Below are positions 1-9,755 of a stretch of DNA of 64,000 bases, in pieces. The stretch is taken from positions 112,872-176,871 of the forward strand of contig MGEI01000003.1 of the NCBI GenBank assembly GCA_001791305.1. Direction: 5' to 3'. Each line of letters begins with the position of its first letter. The first letter of the stretch is position 1. The notes beneath the pieces are model-generated. The model searched no databases and was not told the DNA's origin. It worked only from the letters and a program-made list of their open reading frames with translations. The translations under genes and the position numbers were made by a program. Origin of the DNA: Candidatus Uhrbacteria bacterium RIFCSPLOWO2_01_FULL_47_17. Lineage in GTDB: Bacteria > Patescibacteriota > Patescibacteriia > UBA9934 > GWF2-40-263.

Positions 1-2
1 TT

Positions 3-128
3 TCAAAATATACTTCAGACCAGCTTGAATTTCAGGACAATATTGGAAAGCGATGTGAAAATGTGGAACATGAGACCTTGGCGCTTCATCACCGTGTAGT
101 ACTAGTCGAGAAACATATTGGAATCTAA
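3..128 (+). CDS. 3' end of a hypothetical protein (truncated by window edge)
   Basis: Open frame SKYTSDQLEF...RVVLVEKHIGI* ending at TAA 126-128, followed by a hairpin. Confidence 0.55.
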   Translation, partial: SKYTSDQLEFQDNIGKRCENVEHETLALHHRVVLVEKHIGI

Positions 129-131
129 ACA

Positions 132-164
132 AAACACCCTCTGCCTAAAACGGCGAGGGTGTTT
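132..164. terminator. Hairpin terminator between convergent genes
   Basis: AAACACCCTC...GAGGGTGTTT inverted repeat. Confidence 0.65.
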
Positions 165-759
165 ATAATTTTCGTCTGCCTCGGAGCGCATCGCCGAGCG
201 TCACTTCATCTGCAAACTCGAGGGTTGCGCCCATTGGGAGTCCACGTGCGAGGCGTGTCACCTGAACGTGTGGTGACAAAAGTTTTGTGAGATAAAGAAT
301 GGTCGTTTCGCCCTGTGTGGTTGGTGAGAGAGCAAGAATGACTTCCGAGACGCCACCCGCTTGAATGCGTCCGACTAATTCGCGAATACGCAGTGCGTCC
401 GGTGTGATTCCTTCGATTGGACTCAACGTTCCGCCGAGCACATGATAAAACCCACGGTAGAATCCTGTTGCTTCGATTGTCGAAATGTCTCGCGGTTCCT
501 CGACGACACACAGCACAGCTTTATCTCGTCGAGAATCTGCACATTGCTCGCATAACGGTTTTTCTGTATAGGTGAAACATGTTGGACAGGTTTGAATTTT
601 TTCGCCAAGTTCCAAAAGTGCGCGCGCCATCACATGCAAATCTGCTTTTGGCTGCTTCAGCATATAATAAACATAGCGCAGGGCCGTTTTGGGCCCCACG
701 CCAGGTAAACGCGAGAACGCGGCAACAAGATTCGTGATGGGTTCCGGAAATTTTCGCAC
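163..759 (-). CDS. recR: Recombination mediator RecR
   Basis: LPGVGPKTA HhH motif, C4 zinc finger, YHVLGG and Toprim region, LARGLPMG..LEFADE. Confidence 0.97.
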   Translation of the reverse strand: MRKFPEPITNLVAAFSRLPGVGPKTALRYVYYMLKQPKADLHVMARALLELGEKIQTCPTCFTYTEKPLCEQCADSRRDKAVLCVVEEPRDISTIEATGFYRGFYHVLGGTLSPIEGITPDALRIRELVGRIQAGGVSEVILALSPTTQGETTILYLTKLLSPHVQVTRLARGLPMGATLEFADEVTLGDALRGRRKL

Positions 760-760
760 A

Positions 761-1060
761 TTAGCCGCCGAGATTTTTTAACATGTCGAGTCCTCCCATT
801 TCTTGTACTTTCTTTGCGAGCTTGAATTGCATTTTTTTAATCGCGTCTTTGTGTGCTTCACAAAGCGCGTCTTGAAGTTTTGAAAGATCCGACGTCATGG
901 ATGGATCAATGGCACATCCAATCATGTCGCGATTTCCATTTACCGTGACTTTGACTTTACCCCAAGCTGCTTCGCCTTCTGAAACAACCGTCGCAAGTTC
1001 GGCTTCCATGTGTTTCGCCTGGTCCTTCATGTCTTTGAATTGTTTGAGTTTGGAGAACAT
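761..1060 (-). CDS. ybaB: YbaB/EbfC nucleoid-associated protein
   Basis: 99 aa, GKVKVTVNG motif, typical position immediately upstream of recR. Confidence 0.9.
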   Translation of the reverse strand: MFSKLKQFKDMKDQAKHMEAELATVVSEGEAAWGKVKVTVNGNRDMIGCAIDPSMTSDLSKLQDALCEAHKDAIKKMQFKLAKKVQEMGGLDMLKNLGG

Positions 1061-1104
1061 AATTTTATTATGGGTGGGGTCCCCAGACCCCGCGATATTA
1101 GAGA

Positions 1105-1132
1105 GGGAACCAAGGCTAAAGCCTCAGGTTAC
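1105..1132 (-). repeat. GTAA-tagged REP-like palindrome, copy 1
   Basis: GGGAACCAAGGCTAAAGCCTCAGGTTAC; near-identical copies at 33314 and 54708. Confidence 0.85.
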
Positions 1133-1139
1133 GGGAATT

Positions 1140-2660
1140 CTACCGCGCTCCTGGATTTGCATCAATTGGTGGGGGAGCCATTACGGCTGTTCCGCCGCCA
1201 GGTTGTCCGAGTGGGGCGTGAGCGGGTTTGTTTTGTGCGGTTGCGTACGGAGCGAATCCGTTGTTGTTTGAAGAGCCTGATCCGCCTCCGCCTGTATAGC
1301 TTCCTGCATGTCCATCTAAATTGCGAAAAGACGCGCGCTCTTTTTCGAAGAACAATCGAATCATGCCTGTTGGGCCATTACGATGTTTTGCAATGTGGAT
1401 TTCTGCGATGTTTTTGTCTTCCGGCGCCAAGTCTTCTTCGCGGAAGTTTTTATCCGCGGCTTTTCGGTAAATAAACAAAACGACGTCGGCGTCCTGCTCG
1501 ATAGAACCTGAATCACGAAGGTGAGATAGTTTTGGAATCGCAGGCTTCGTCAACTCGACAGCACGCGACAACTGAGCGAGGGCAAGAACAGGAACATCCA
1601 ACTCTTTGGCGATCTGTTTTAAACCGCGAGAAATTTCCGCAACTTCTTGTACGCGGTTTTCTTGGGATTTTTTTGATCTTCCTTCCATGAGCTGTAAGTA
1701 GTCGACAACAATCATGCCAAGGCCATGTTCTGTTTTAAGTCGACGTGCTTTTGTACGAAGCTGCATGATGTTCAGGTTTGCGCTGTCGTCAATGAAGATT
1801 GGTGCTTCTGAGAGTTTACCAAGCGCGTCTGCGATTTTTGGAAAATCGTCGGCTTTGTCCGAGAGTCGTCCGGTTCGAAGTTTCCACAAATCAACATTCG
1901 CCTGCGCACAAATCATACGGTCAACGAGTTGCTCTTTACTCATTTCGAGGGAAAAGAATGCGGTCGGTACTTTCATGTTCACGCCAATGTGACGCGCCAT
2001 GTCGAGTGCAAGCGCGGTTTTTCCGCACGATGGACGTGCAGCAAGAATGATGAGATCGGACTTTTGAAATCCGGCAAGGATTTGATCGAGCGCTGTATAT
2101 CCGGTTGCAACGCCGCGTAACTTGCCGCGATCGCGATGCAATTCATCGATACGCTCAAAGGCACCGTCGAGAACGCTGCGAATAGAGACGAATGTATTTT
2201 TGTTATATTTTTCCGAAACGTGAAAAAGTGCGCGTTCTGCTTCGTCTAATGTCGAATCAATTTCTTCTTCCTCTTCAAATCCCATTTGTGAAATGTTTGT
2301 GGCGGCCGTAATCAGTCGTCGAAGCGTTGCTTTTTTTTGCACAATCTCCGCGTAGTGCGTGACGTTTGCGGCGGTCGGAACCATGTTTGAGAGTTCGACG
2401 AGGTAGGCGCGTCCGCCCACTTGTGTGAGCTGACCTTTTTCTTCGAGGCGGTTTCCAAGCGAAAGAATATCGATCGGATCGTGTCTCTCGAATAGGTCCG
2501 TAATGGTTTCATACACCCATTGGTGTGCGGGACGATAAAAGTCATCGCCTTGCAAACGATCTGCAACTTTGACAATTGCATCTTTGTCAATCAAAAGAGA
2601 CCCGAGCAAGGATTGCTCTGCCTCCAGGTTTTGTGGGGGAATGCGCTCATGGGTTGCCAT
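1140..2660 (-). CDS. dnaB: Replicative DNA helicase DnaB
   Basis: PPQNLEAEQ N-terminus, AARPSCGKT Walker A, FSLEMS, VDYLQL, LRDSGSIEQDAD, AKHRNGPTG. Confidence 0.98.
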   Translation of the reverse strand: MATHERIPPQNLEAEQSLLGSLLIDKDAIVKVADRLQGDDFYRPAHQWVYETITDLFERHDPIDILSLGNRLEEKGQLTQVGGRAYLVELSNMVPTAANVTHYAEIVQKKATLRRLITAATNISQMGFEEEEEIDSTLDEAERALFHVSEKYNKNTFVSIRSVLDGAFERIDELHRDRGKLRGVATGYTALDQILAGFQKSDLIILAARPSCGKTALALDMARHIGVNMKVPTAFFSLEMSKEQLVDRMICAQANVDLWKLRTGRLSDKADDFPKIADALGKLSEAPIFIDDSANLNIMQLRTKARRLKTEHGLGMIVVDYLQLMEGRSKKSQENRVQEVAEISRGLKQIAKELDVPVLALAQLSRAVELTKPAIPKLSHLRDSGSIEQDADVVLFIYRKAADKNFREEDLAPEDKNIAEIHIAKHRNGPTGMIRLFFEKERASFRNLDGHAGSYTGGGGSGSSNNNGFAPYATAQNKPAHAPLGQPGGGTAVMAPPPIDANPGAR

Positions 2661-2737
2661 AGATTTGGGTATCTTAGCACGCTTCTCATACGAGACAAGA
2701 GGACAACCTGTGTTATAATTGTGGAGAAAAATACTCT

Positions 2738-3886
2738 ATGATTCACCCAGATTTTAAATTTTTGCGTGCTGTTTTCATGATGGTTGGCGGAATTGTTGGA
2801 GTTGGTGTGTTTGGGCTTCCATTTGCCTTTGCACAAAGCGGTTTTGTGATTGGACTTGTCGAATTATTGGTGATCGGACTTATTCTGCTCATGGTGCAAT
2901 TCATGTATGCTGAGCTCGCGCTTCAAACGGAAGGCTCACACCGACTTGTTGGATATGTTGAAATTTATCTTGGAAAAAAATGGTCTTGGCTCTGTATGGC
3001 TGCTCTGTCTGCAAGTATTTGGGGAGCCATGCTTGCCTACATGATTATTGGAGGAAAGTTTTTGTTTCTCATTTTGTCGCCTGTTTTTGGGGGGACAACA
3101 ACGGGGTATGCATATGTTGTTGGTCTCATTGCCGCCTGTTTGATTTATCGTGGATTGCAGTTTGCCTCTAAACTCGAGGTGTTTGTGATGCTTGCACTCC
3201 TCTTTTTGTTTATTTTCATCATTGCTCTATCCATTCCATACATTCAACCAAGCAACCTCACCGCTTTTGATTCGACAAAGTGGTTTTTACCCTACGGTAT
3301 TATTCTCTTTGCTCTCTCATCCACAGGAATCGTTCCCGAAATGCGGGATGTTCTTGGTTTGCGCGCAAAGAAACAACTAGGCAAAGCCGTTCTTCTTGGA
3401 ATGACCACCGTTATCTTGCTGTACTCACTCTTTGCTTTTGCGATTGTGGGTGTGACAGGAACCGCAACAACCGGCGCAGCGTTTGATGGTCTTGTCCCAA
3501 TTTTTGGGTCATCCTTTCGAGTGATTGCATCTCTGCTTGGTCTCACAACGATCCTGTCCATCTTCATGCTTCTTGGCATTGTGCTTCAAAATACCTTGAA
3601 GTTTGATTTGCGCTTAGCTCGCCCTGTCGCGTTTTTGCTTACGGTCACGGTGCCGTTTCTCTTTTTTGCGATCGGTGTCCGTGAGTTCGTGGAGCTTATT
3701 GGATTTATTGGATCTGTGTTCGGAGGCATGCTAGGGATTTTTATTGTGCTTTGTTATCTCAAACTGAAACGTGAACCTTTGTGCAAGGAGCATCATTGTC
3801 TCAATCTGCCCGATCTTTTTTCTTGGCTCGCCGTCCTCTTTTTTCTGGGTGGATTGATTTTCACTTTGTATCAATTTTTGGTATAA
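2738..3886 (+). CDS. Aromatic amino acid permease family transporter (Mtr/TyrP-like)
   Basis: GGIVGVGVFGLPFAF N-terminal motif; about 11 TM segments. Confidence 0.85.
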   Translation: MIHPDFKFLRAVFMMVGGIVGVGVFGLPFAFAQSGFVIGLVELLVIGLILLMVQFMYAELALQTEGSHRLVGYVEIYLGKKWSWLCMAALSASIWGAMLAYMIIGGKFLFLILSPVFGGTTTGYAYVVGLIAACLIYRGLQFASKLEVFVMLALLFLFIFIIALSIPYIQPSNLTAFDSTKWFLPYGIILFALSSTGIVPEMRDVLGLRAKKQLGKAVLLGMTTVILLYSLFAFAIVGVTGTATTGAAFDGLVPIFGSSFRVIASLLGLTTILSIFMLLGIVLQNTLKFDLRLARPVAFLLTVTVPFLFFAIGVREFVELIGFIGSVFGGMLGIFIVLCYLKLKREPLCKEHHCLNLPDLFSWLAVLFFLGGLIFTLYQFLV

Positions 3887-3895
3887 TCTTTTTAT

Positions 3896-4300
3896 ATGGA
3901 TTTATTGAAACGTTATTTTACAAAAAGATACTTTCTGTTTTTTCTTTTGTTATTTCTTGTTTGGTATCCTGGCTCGTTTCTTTTCTATGTTGCATACGGA
4001 GTCACTCAAAGTGGAGTTCTCTATGTTGCCTTAAACGCCTATTTTCCTCTCCTCATTTTTTTGTGCTCCTTTTTGTATTTCCGCAAAAGCATCAACGACT
4101 GGAATGATCGATTTGCCGTTGCGTTCGGTTGGATTATTCTCACATTTCTCATCTCGGCTTTGCTTGTAAAACCCATGTACGGATTTGATTGGACATCCAT
4201 CATCAACATCTCGCAAATTCAAGCGAACTGGAGTCCGTTTCTGGCAGTGCTTCTTTCGGGAATGTTGGTAAGTGCTTTGAATGCACGAAGAAAAAAATAG
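3896..4300 (+). CDS. Hypothetical membrane protein (about 4 TM)
   Basis: Hydrophobic 134-aa ORF with TGnTATAAT just upstream. Confidence 0.75.
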   Translation: MDLLKRYFTKRYFLFFLLLFLVWYPGSFLFYVAYGVTQSGVLYVALNAYFPLLIFLCSFLYFRKSINDWNDRFAVAFGWIILTFLISALLVKPMYGFDWTSIINISQIQANWSPFLAVLLSGMLVSALNARRKK

Positions 4301-4304
4301 ATTT

Positions 4305-4334
4305 AAAAAAGAACTCCTCAAGGAGTTCTTTTTT
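4305..4334. terminator. Bidirectional intrinsic terminator
   Basis: A6-GAACTCCT-ca-AGGAGTTC-T6 between convergent genes. Confidence 0.75.
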
Positions 4335-5187
4335 GTTTTCCGTATGCGTTTAGGACATTCAGGAGGAGCACAGCAACCGTCATCGGGCCAACACCACCAG
4401 GAACAGGGGAGAGGGCGCCCGCGAGATCCTCGACAGACGCGCGATTAATATCCCCAACGAGTTTACCGTCAACTTTGGTTGTGCCGACATCAATGAGGAT
4501 CGCGCCCGGCTTGATCATGGAGCCTTCGATCAGGTTTGGTTTTCCGAGTGCCACAATCAGAATATCCGCCTCAGATATTTTTTCTTTGAACGAAGCATCA
4601 TAAGGACGAACAACCTCTGACGAAATTTGTTGTTCATGCAAAAGAATCGTGAGTGGATCGGCGAAGAAGTTGCTTGCAACGATCACCGCACGCAATCCCC
4701 CCTCCTTTTTGAAGGAGGGTATTAGGGGGTGGTCGTTTCGATCGAGGGCTTTATTGATAAGCTTCAGAATTCCGAGTGCAACGGCAGGCGCAAGTGCTGG
4801 TTTGCCTTTGCGAAGCGCTTCGAGGCTTTTTGGGTGAAACCCATCAACGTCTTTGATTGGATCAATGGCTGCGATTACGCGATCTGCATCTTGATTCGGG
4901 AGTGGAATCTGAACAAGGATGCCATTGATGTCATCTCGTTGGTTGAGCTCTTCGATCTTCGAGATGAGTTCGCTCTCCGAAACATCATTTGAATACAAAA
5001 ATTTTTCAAAGTAAATTCCAACTTCTTCACACGCTTTTTGTTTCAGGTTCACGTAAATGTGTGATGCGGGATCTTCCCCAACTAAAAGAATCGCGAGACC
5101 AGGTTTGTTCTCGAGAGCACTTACACGATTTTTGATTTTGGTTCGAATGGCTGCAGCGTATGCTTTGCCGTCAAGGATCATTGCCAT
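4318..5187 (-). CDS. folD: Bifunctional methylenetetrahydrofolate dehydrogenase/cyclohydrolase FolD
   Basis: ILDGK, PGLAILLVG, GILVQIPLP, KDVDGFHP, PVPGGVGPMTV; start reassigned to ATG 5187. Confidence 0.95.
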   Translation of the reverse strand: MAMILDGKAYAAAIRTKIKNRVSALENKPGLAILLVGEDPASHIYVNLKQKACEEVGIYFEKFLYSNDVSESELISKIEELNQRDDINGILVQIPLPNQDADRVIAAIDPIKDVDGFHPKSLEALRKGKPALAPAVALGILKLINKALDRNDHPLIPSFKKEGGLRAVIVASNFFADPLTILLHEQQISSEVVRPYDASFKEKISEADILIVALGKPNLIEGSMIKPGAILIDVGTTKVDGKLVGDINRASVEDLAGALSPVPGGVGPMTVAVLLLNVLNAYGKQKRTP

Positions 5188-5234
5188 AATGCGCATAGGA
5201 TAGCGGAAAAGAAAAAAACCGTCGAGATGACGGT

Positions 5235-6161
5235 TTAGGATTCGATGCGGAGGCCCTCGCTTGCACACCAGGCGGCGAGTTCGGGAAGGTGGTTCTCGTG
5301 AATGACGAGCATGTCCGTACCAGTGCGATACGTGTGTTGCACCGTCTTCATGGTTTGAAAAATGAGCGCGGGAGTCGAGTCCGACAGAGAAACGGGGGTA
5401 ATCGCGAGGAAGCGAAAGCCCAAACGGTTTGCGAGCCCAATCACAGGGCAAGTGTCCCACGGCGTCTGTTTGCCCGGGCGAAGAATCGCCGCACCAACTT
5501 CTCCCTTCCAGAGGCGCGCCATTGAAAGACCAATCGATCCTTCCGCGGTGTGGTGCTTCTTGAAAAGGGGGTGTGGCCTGAGCTGAAGCAATCGTCTCGT
5601 CACCTCATCGTGTTCCTCGACCGGATCTCGAATCAGCACGTACTGATCGATCAGTGGCAGATTCCGGGGAATCTTGTTCAACAAGCGAGGCTTGTTGTTC
5701 GGCGACAGATGATGCGTTTTCTTCGACCCAGGACGGAAGTAATACACTTCCTTCGTCATGACGTCTTCAATGCACACGGCAATCACATGGTCACCGTCCA
5801 TGAGGGCAAGCATCACGCTGATGCCGCCTGAATGGTAGTGAACAAATGCGCGCGTTCCATCGATCGGATCACCTGTAAAGCGGAGTGTCTCCGTCGGCTT
5901 CTTTGCCGGAATGGACAATCCTCCTTCTTCGGCGATGATGCCGAAAGTGGGGAAGCGTTCGAGCAGGAGACGTTTCATTACGCCTTGAACTTGGACATCG
6001 ATGTCCGTCACCCAATCAATTTTGCCATCATCCTTGATGCCTTTGTGCTTGGCTTTGAACGAGAATCGTTTGCGCTGCACATGGTCAGCAAGGCGTGATA
6101 CAACATCACGCATGAGGACACCGATCGCTGCTTCTGTTAGGCTGCCATAGGTTCTTTGCAT
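5235..6161 (-). CDS. Inositol monophosphatase/CysQ-family phosphatase (divergent)
   Basis: VTDID, IIAEE, DPIDGT and PWD motifs; AAGGAG SD before ATG 6161. Confidence 0.8.
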   Translation of the reverse strand: MQRTYGSLTEAAIGVLMRDVVSRLADHVQRKRFSFKAKHKGIKDDGKIDWVTDIDVQVQGVMKRLLLERFPTFGIIAEEGGLSIPAKKPTETLRFTGDPIDGTRAFVHYHSGGISVMLALMDGDHVIAVCIEDVMTKEVYYFRPGSKKTHHLSPNNKPRLLNKIPRNLPLIDQYVLIRDPVEEHDEVTRRLLQLRPHPLFKKHHTAEGSIGLSMARLWKGEVGAAILRPGKQTPWDTCPVIGLANRLGFRFLAITPVSLSDSTPALIFQTMKTVQHTYRTGTDMLVIHENHLPELAAWCASEGLRIES

Positions 6162-6200
6162 GGAGAGAACTCCTTGTCGCGGTTTGATATGCGACACAGA

Positions 6201-6229
6201 AGAATACTCTCTATAACCAAAATTGTCAA
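6201..6229 (-). promoter_or_regulatory. Sigma70-type promoter TTGACA-N17-TATTCT
   Basis: Read on the minus strand upstream of the IMPase-family gene. Confidence 0.7.
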
Positions 6230-6257
6230 TAAAAAACCACATGAGTCGTTCATGTGG

Positions 6258-6878
6258 CTAGGGTCGTTTCGTGGGGCGCAATCGGTAGCGCTCCGTTCCG
6301 CTTGTCATCTTTGCGTTCACAACAAGCATCACGGTCGGTTCGGTTGGTTTCTCATCAAACACGATGGCACCACCTGTACAGAGGCGAACAATGTGTTCGA
6401 GGGCGTGTGCCTCTTTTTTGAATTCCTTCCCGCCAATTTCGCAAAGAAGCCAAAAACGAATGCTCTCCCAAAGCTGATTCCACAAGTTGATGGGAAGATC
6501 ATTGCGAAAACGGTTTCCAAAACTGAGCCGAAGATCAAACGTGAGGTTGATGTTTTTCATCGGGTCTACAGAGTTTCGCAATCTCTGGTAGAGTCGCACG
6601 CGTGTTCGCGAAATGAAATTGGAATTGTGTTGGGATGTCACAAGATGTTTTGGAATGCCTGATTCGGCAACACCCTCAACACCAACACACGGACGATTTG
6701 TCAGAAATGCAATATGGGTCTGAATTCCTTGCGGAAGTTCTGGATTGAACCCGTACAAAAATTGATCTCGCTCACACATGCAAAACAACGGCTCGAGAAT
6801 TTTCATGATTTCTTGCGTGCGCTGTTCGGTTGTGTAGCGGCTCATCGCCTCGCGCAGCGTTGATCTCCGTACTTCCAT
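6258..6878 (-). CDS. Hypothetical protein (orphan, 206 aa)
   Basis: GAGGAGG SD before ATG 6878, own promoter, downstream hairpin at about 6233-6260. Confidence 0.7.
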   Translation of the reverse strand: MEVRRSTLREAMSRYTTEQRTQEIMKILEPLFCMCERDQFLYGFNPELPQGIQTHIAFLTNRPCVGVEGVAESGIPKHLVTSQHNSNFISRTRVRLYQRLRNSVDPMKNINLTFDLRLSFGNRFRNDLPINLWNQLWESIRFWLLCEIGGKEFKKEAHALEHIVRLCTGGAIVFDEKPTEPTVMLVVNAKMTSGTERYRLRPTKRP

Positions 6879-6909
6879 GGAAGGTCCTCCTCTCGTCTGA
6901 GGTGGATTG

Positions 6910-6938
6910 GTTGTACGGGAAAAAGCTGATATTGTCAA
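6910..6938 (-). promoter_or_regulatory. Sigma70-type promoter TTGACA-N17-TACAAC
   Basis: Read on the minus strand. Confidence 0.65.
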
Positions 6939-6980
6939 TTCTAAAACCACCCTTCGCGTAAAGCTATGGGTGGTTCTTTT

Positions 6981-8225
6981 CTATTCGTATGCAAGTTCCG
7001 GATAAAGAGGGAATCGCTTTGTCATCTCTTTGACCTCTGTTCGGAGTTTCTCGAGATGTGCTTCGTTCGCACGATGCTCAATCGCCTCGTCGATCCATGT
7101 TGCGATCTGCTTCATCTCGACTTCTTTCATCCCACGTGAGGTGATCGCAGGAGTTCCAAGTCGGATTCCTGATGGATCGAATGGGGAACGCGGATCATCC
7201 GGAATCATATTTTTGTTGACGGTGATGAGGACGGCGTCGAGGGCCTTCTCTGCTTCTCCTCCTGTGACGCCTTTCGAGGAAACATCGATGAGGAGCAAAT
7301 GGTTGTCTGTTCCGCCGAACATCAAGCGATATCCTCTTGAGCTCAATTCTTGTTCAAGGACTTTTGCGTTCAAGCGAATTTGTTTTGAGTAGGTTTTAAA
7401 TTCAGGTTGAAGGGCTTCGAGAAATGCAACCGCCTTTGCGGCAATCACATTCTCATGCGGACCACCTTGCAAACCGGGGAACACAGCTTTGTCGATCGCC
7501 TTCGCGTGCATCGCTTTGCACATGATCATTCCGCCACGAGGTCCTCGCAACGTTTTATGTGTTGTGGTTGTGACAATGTCGAACAAGGGAACGGGATTGT
7601 TCATCTCGCCACCCGCGATGAGACCTGCGATGTGGGCGATGTCTGCCATTGTGAGCGCGCCGACTTCGTCTGCGATCGCTTTGATGCGCGCGTAATCGAT
7701 TTCGCGAGAGTACGCCGAGTAGCCGACGAGGATGAGCTTTGGCTTGTGCTCGCGCGCCATGCGTTCGATCTCTTCGTAATCGATTAGTCCCTCAGCTGTT
7801 GTTTTGTAGCGAATGAAGTTGTAGATCTTAGCCGAGAATGTGACGGGGTGTCCGTGTGTAAGATGTCCGCCGTGTGACAGATCCATGCCGAGGACTGTGT
7901 CACCAGGCGAGAGTACGGCCGAGTATGCAGCGAGGTTTGCAGGCGCTCCGGAGAGTGGTTGAACGTTTACATGTTCCGCACCAAAAAGTTGCTTTGCGCG
8001 ATCGATCGCGAGCTGTTCGATGACATCAATTTCCTGACAGCCGCCATAGTAGCGTTTGCCGGGCTGTCCCTCTGCATATTTGTTTGTGGCGACGGATCCG
8101 AGAGCCTCAAGAACCGCCCGAGAAACGAAGTTTTCGGACGGAATCATCTCTAAACCTTCTTCCTCACGAAGAAGTTCTCTTTGTAGGGCATGCGCGACCT
8201 CTGGGTCTTGTTTTGCTATAAACAT
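6981..8225 (-). CDS. glyA: Serine hydroxymethyltransferase
   Basis: [50 protein letters not shown]; true start [10 protein letters not shown]. Confidence 0.98.
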   Translation of the reverse strand: MFIAKQDPEVAHALQRELLREEEGLEMIPSENFVSRAVLEALGSVATNKYAEGQPGKRYYGGCQEIDVIEQLAIDRAKQLFGAEHVNVQPLSGAPANLAAYSAVLSPGDTVLGMDLSHGGHLTHGHPVTFSAKIYNFIRYKTTAEGLIDYEEIERMAREHKPKLILVGYSAYSREIDYARIKAIADEVGALTMADIAHIAGLIAGGEMNNPVPLFDIVTTTTHKTLRGPRGGMIMCKAMHAKAIDKAVFPGLQGGPHENVIAAKAVAFLEALQPEFKTYSKQIRLNAKVLEQELSSRGYRLMFGGTDNHLLLIDVSSKGVTGGEAEKALDAVLITVNKNMIPDDPRSPFDPSGIRLGTPAITSRGMKEVEMKQIATWIDEAIEHRANEAHLEKLRTEVKEMTKRFPLYPELAYE

Positions 8226-8268
8226 AGGAAAGATAATTGTACGCGCATTGTACGCGAGCCGAAACTGG

Positions 8269-8297
8269 TTGACAATCTGACAAAAAATCGCTAGGTT
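8269..8297 (+). promoter_or_regulatory. Sigma70-type promoter TTGACA-N17-TAGGTT
   Basis: Seen in sequence upstream of the 8333 ORF. Confidence 0.65.
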
Positions 8298-8332
8298 GAG
8301 GTAACCTCTTTTATGGAGGTGACAGAGGTTCC

Positions 8333-9589
8333 ATGAGCGCACAACGAACGTTGCAGCCCCCAAGTTCGATCGAACGTCCGTTCCTTCGTGGGGCCATTCA
8401 CCAAGTGCATGCACTTGTGGGGTCACGCGATTCCACCAAACTTTCTGAACTGATTGCAACAGATCGTCTGGCAGTAAGTCAGGATGGATTTTACGTTGCG
8501 TCTGTTGAGCAAGTAGACGAGTTGCTTGAACGCGTTGCGCACAACTTTGAGCGCATGTCGTCTCCGCGATTTTATTCCCATGAAAATGGGGAACGCGTAG
8601 AGACACGCATCTTACATGTTGCTGCAGATTATGTACTTGTATGGGGTTTGCCCGTTGGGTCACGTGTCCGTGGTGTCTATGAGTTGAGGGTTTCGCGCCC
8701 GCGCTTGAAACTCGTGCGCCCGTTTGCGCTTTTGCATCGCGTGCATCGCTCTTCGCATGGCATGTTCTTGTTTGGAATCGGAACAGAAGATTCCGGAACA
8801 AATCATGTTTGGACCGAGCATGGCGTCCTGCCAATTGAGGACATTAGAACGGCAACAGCTGTGTCTGATGGAAGTTTCTTGTTTCTGGAACAGATCGATG
8901 GAACATCGTATCGCTACCGTTTTGGAGCGCGAGGGTTCGTTGATTGGTTCCCGGTTCTCCAGGCACAAGGAGAACGTCCTGTGGCACTTGCATACGTACA
9001 AAATCAGTACGTCCTTGCTACACGCACACAAATCGGGTCGCGGTTATGTGTCATTGGCGGAGCGAATACGCTCTCGTTTCCCCTTGAGGAAACATGGTCA
9101 GGAGACATTGAACATCTTTGGGTTTCGCCGGGCGAGCGCTCGCTTGCATGGCTTGTGAGACCCGATCGTTCAAACTCCTCTCACCGCGCGCTTTACGTAA
9201 ACGGCGCGCTCGTTCATGAGGGTGAATTTCACATGGACGACAAGGATCTTGTCTGGGCGCAAACAGGTTCGATGCTTGGCGCTCGAATCCGTACCGAGGA
9301 TGCAAACGGACAAGAAAAACATACGATCGTGACTCCTGAGGTGGAACAAGATTTTCCCTCCGGGACATTTGTCCGTGAGTTCTTGGTTGATTCAGAAGGG
9401 AAGGTTGCGGCAACAGTGACGGATGATGGCGAAAGTTGCTATCCCAAAATTTACAATCGTGATTTTCAAGCGGTTCCCCTTGCCTGGAATTTGACCTGGA
9501 CCCCAGAAAACGGCATCGGATTCAATTCCGTTCTTCCCGAATCCGTGGTTTGCCGCACAACCGACACAACCGAACTTCTCCGACATTAG
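8333..9589 (+). CDS. Hypothetical protein, possible beta-propeller C-terminal half
   Basis: 418-aa ORF with GGAGGT/GAGG SD; recurring blade-like segments ([32 protein letters not shown]). Confidence 0.65.
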   Translation: MSAQRTLQPPSSIERPFLRGAIHQVHALVGSRDSTKLSELIATDRLAVSQDGFYVASVEQVDELLERVAHNFERMSSPRFYSHENGERVETRILHVAADYVLVWGLPVGSRVRGVYELRVSRPRLKLVRPFALLHRVHRSSHGMFLFGIGTEDSGTNHVWTEHGVLPIEDIRTATAVSDGSFLFLEQIDGTSYRYRFGARGFVDWFPVLQAQGERPVALAYVQNQYVLATRTQIGSRLCVIGGANTLSFPLEETWSGDIEHLWVSPGERSLAWLVRPDRSNSSHRALYVNGALVHEGEFHMDDKDLVWAQTGSMLGARIRTEDANGQEKHTIVTPEVEQDFPSGTFVREFLVDSEGKVAATVTDDGESCYPKIYNRDFQAVPLAWNLTWTPENGIGFNSVLPESVVCRTTDTTELLRH

Positions 9590-9655
9590 CCTCTGCACTA
9601 GAAAATCTAGTGCTTTTTTGTTACTCTATGCTCACTACGAGTGAATGTATCTCCC

Positions 9656-9750
9656 TGTGTCATTCCGACCGAGGAGTCATCGACGAGTGGAGGAATCTCG
9701 CATTTACAAGAGATCCCTCGGCTACGCTTCGCTTCGCTCGGGATGACACA
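9656..9750. repeat. TGTC/CGTC-type palindromic element (MITE/REP-like)
   Basis: Termini TGTGTCATTCCGA...TCGGGATGACACA with internal GGAATCTC/GAGATCCC stem. Confidence 0.8.
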
Positions 9751-9755
9751 AAAAT

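Noticed and set aside
5188-5460. N-terminal extension of FolD in the ORF track
   Set aside because: Overlaps the IMPase-like gene and its terminator; homology begins at MAMILDGK
8226-8834. Apparent 200-aa N-terminal extension of GlyA (617-aa ORF)
   Set aside because: Overlaps the 8333 gene on the opposite strand; GlyA homology and a -10 box point to ATG 8225
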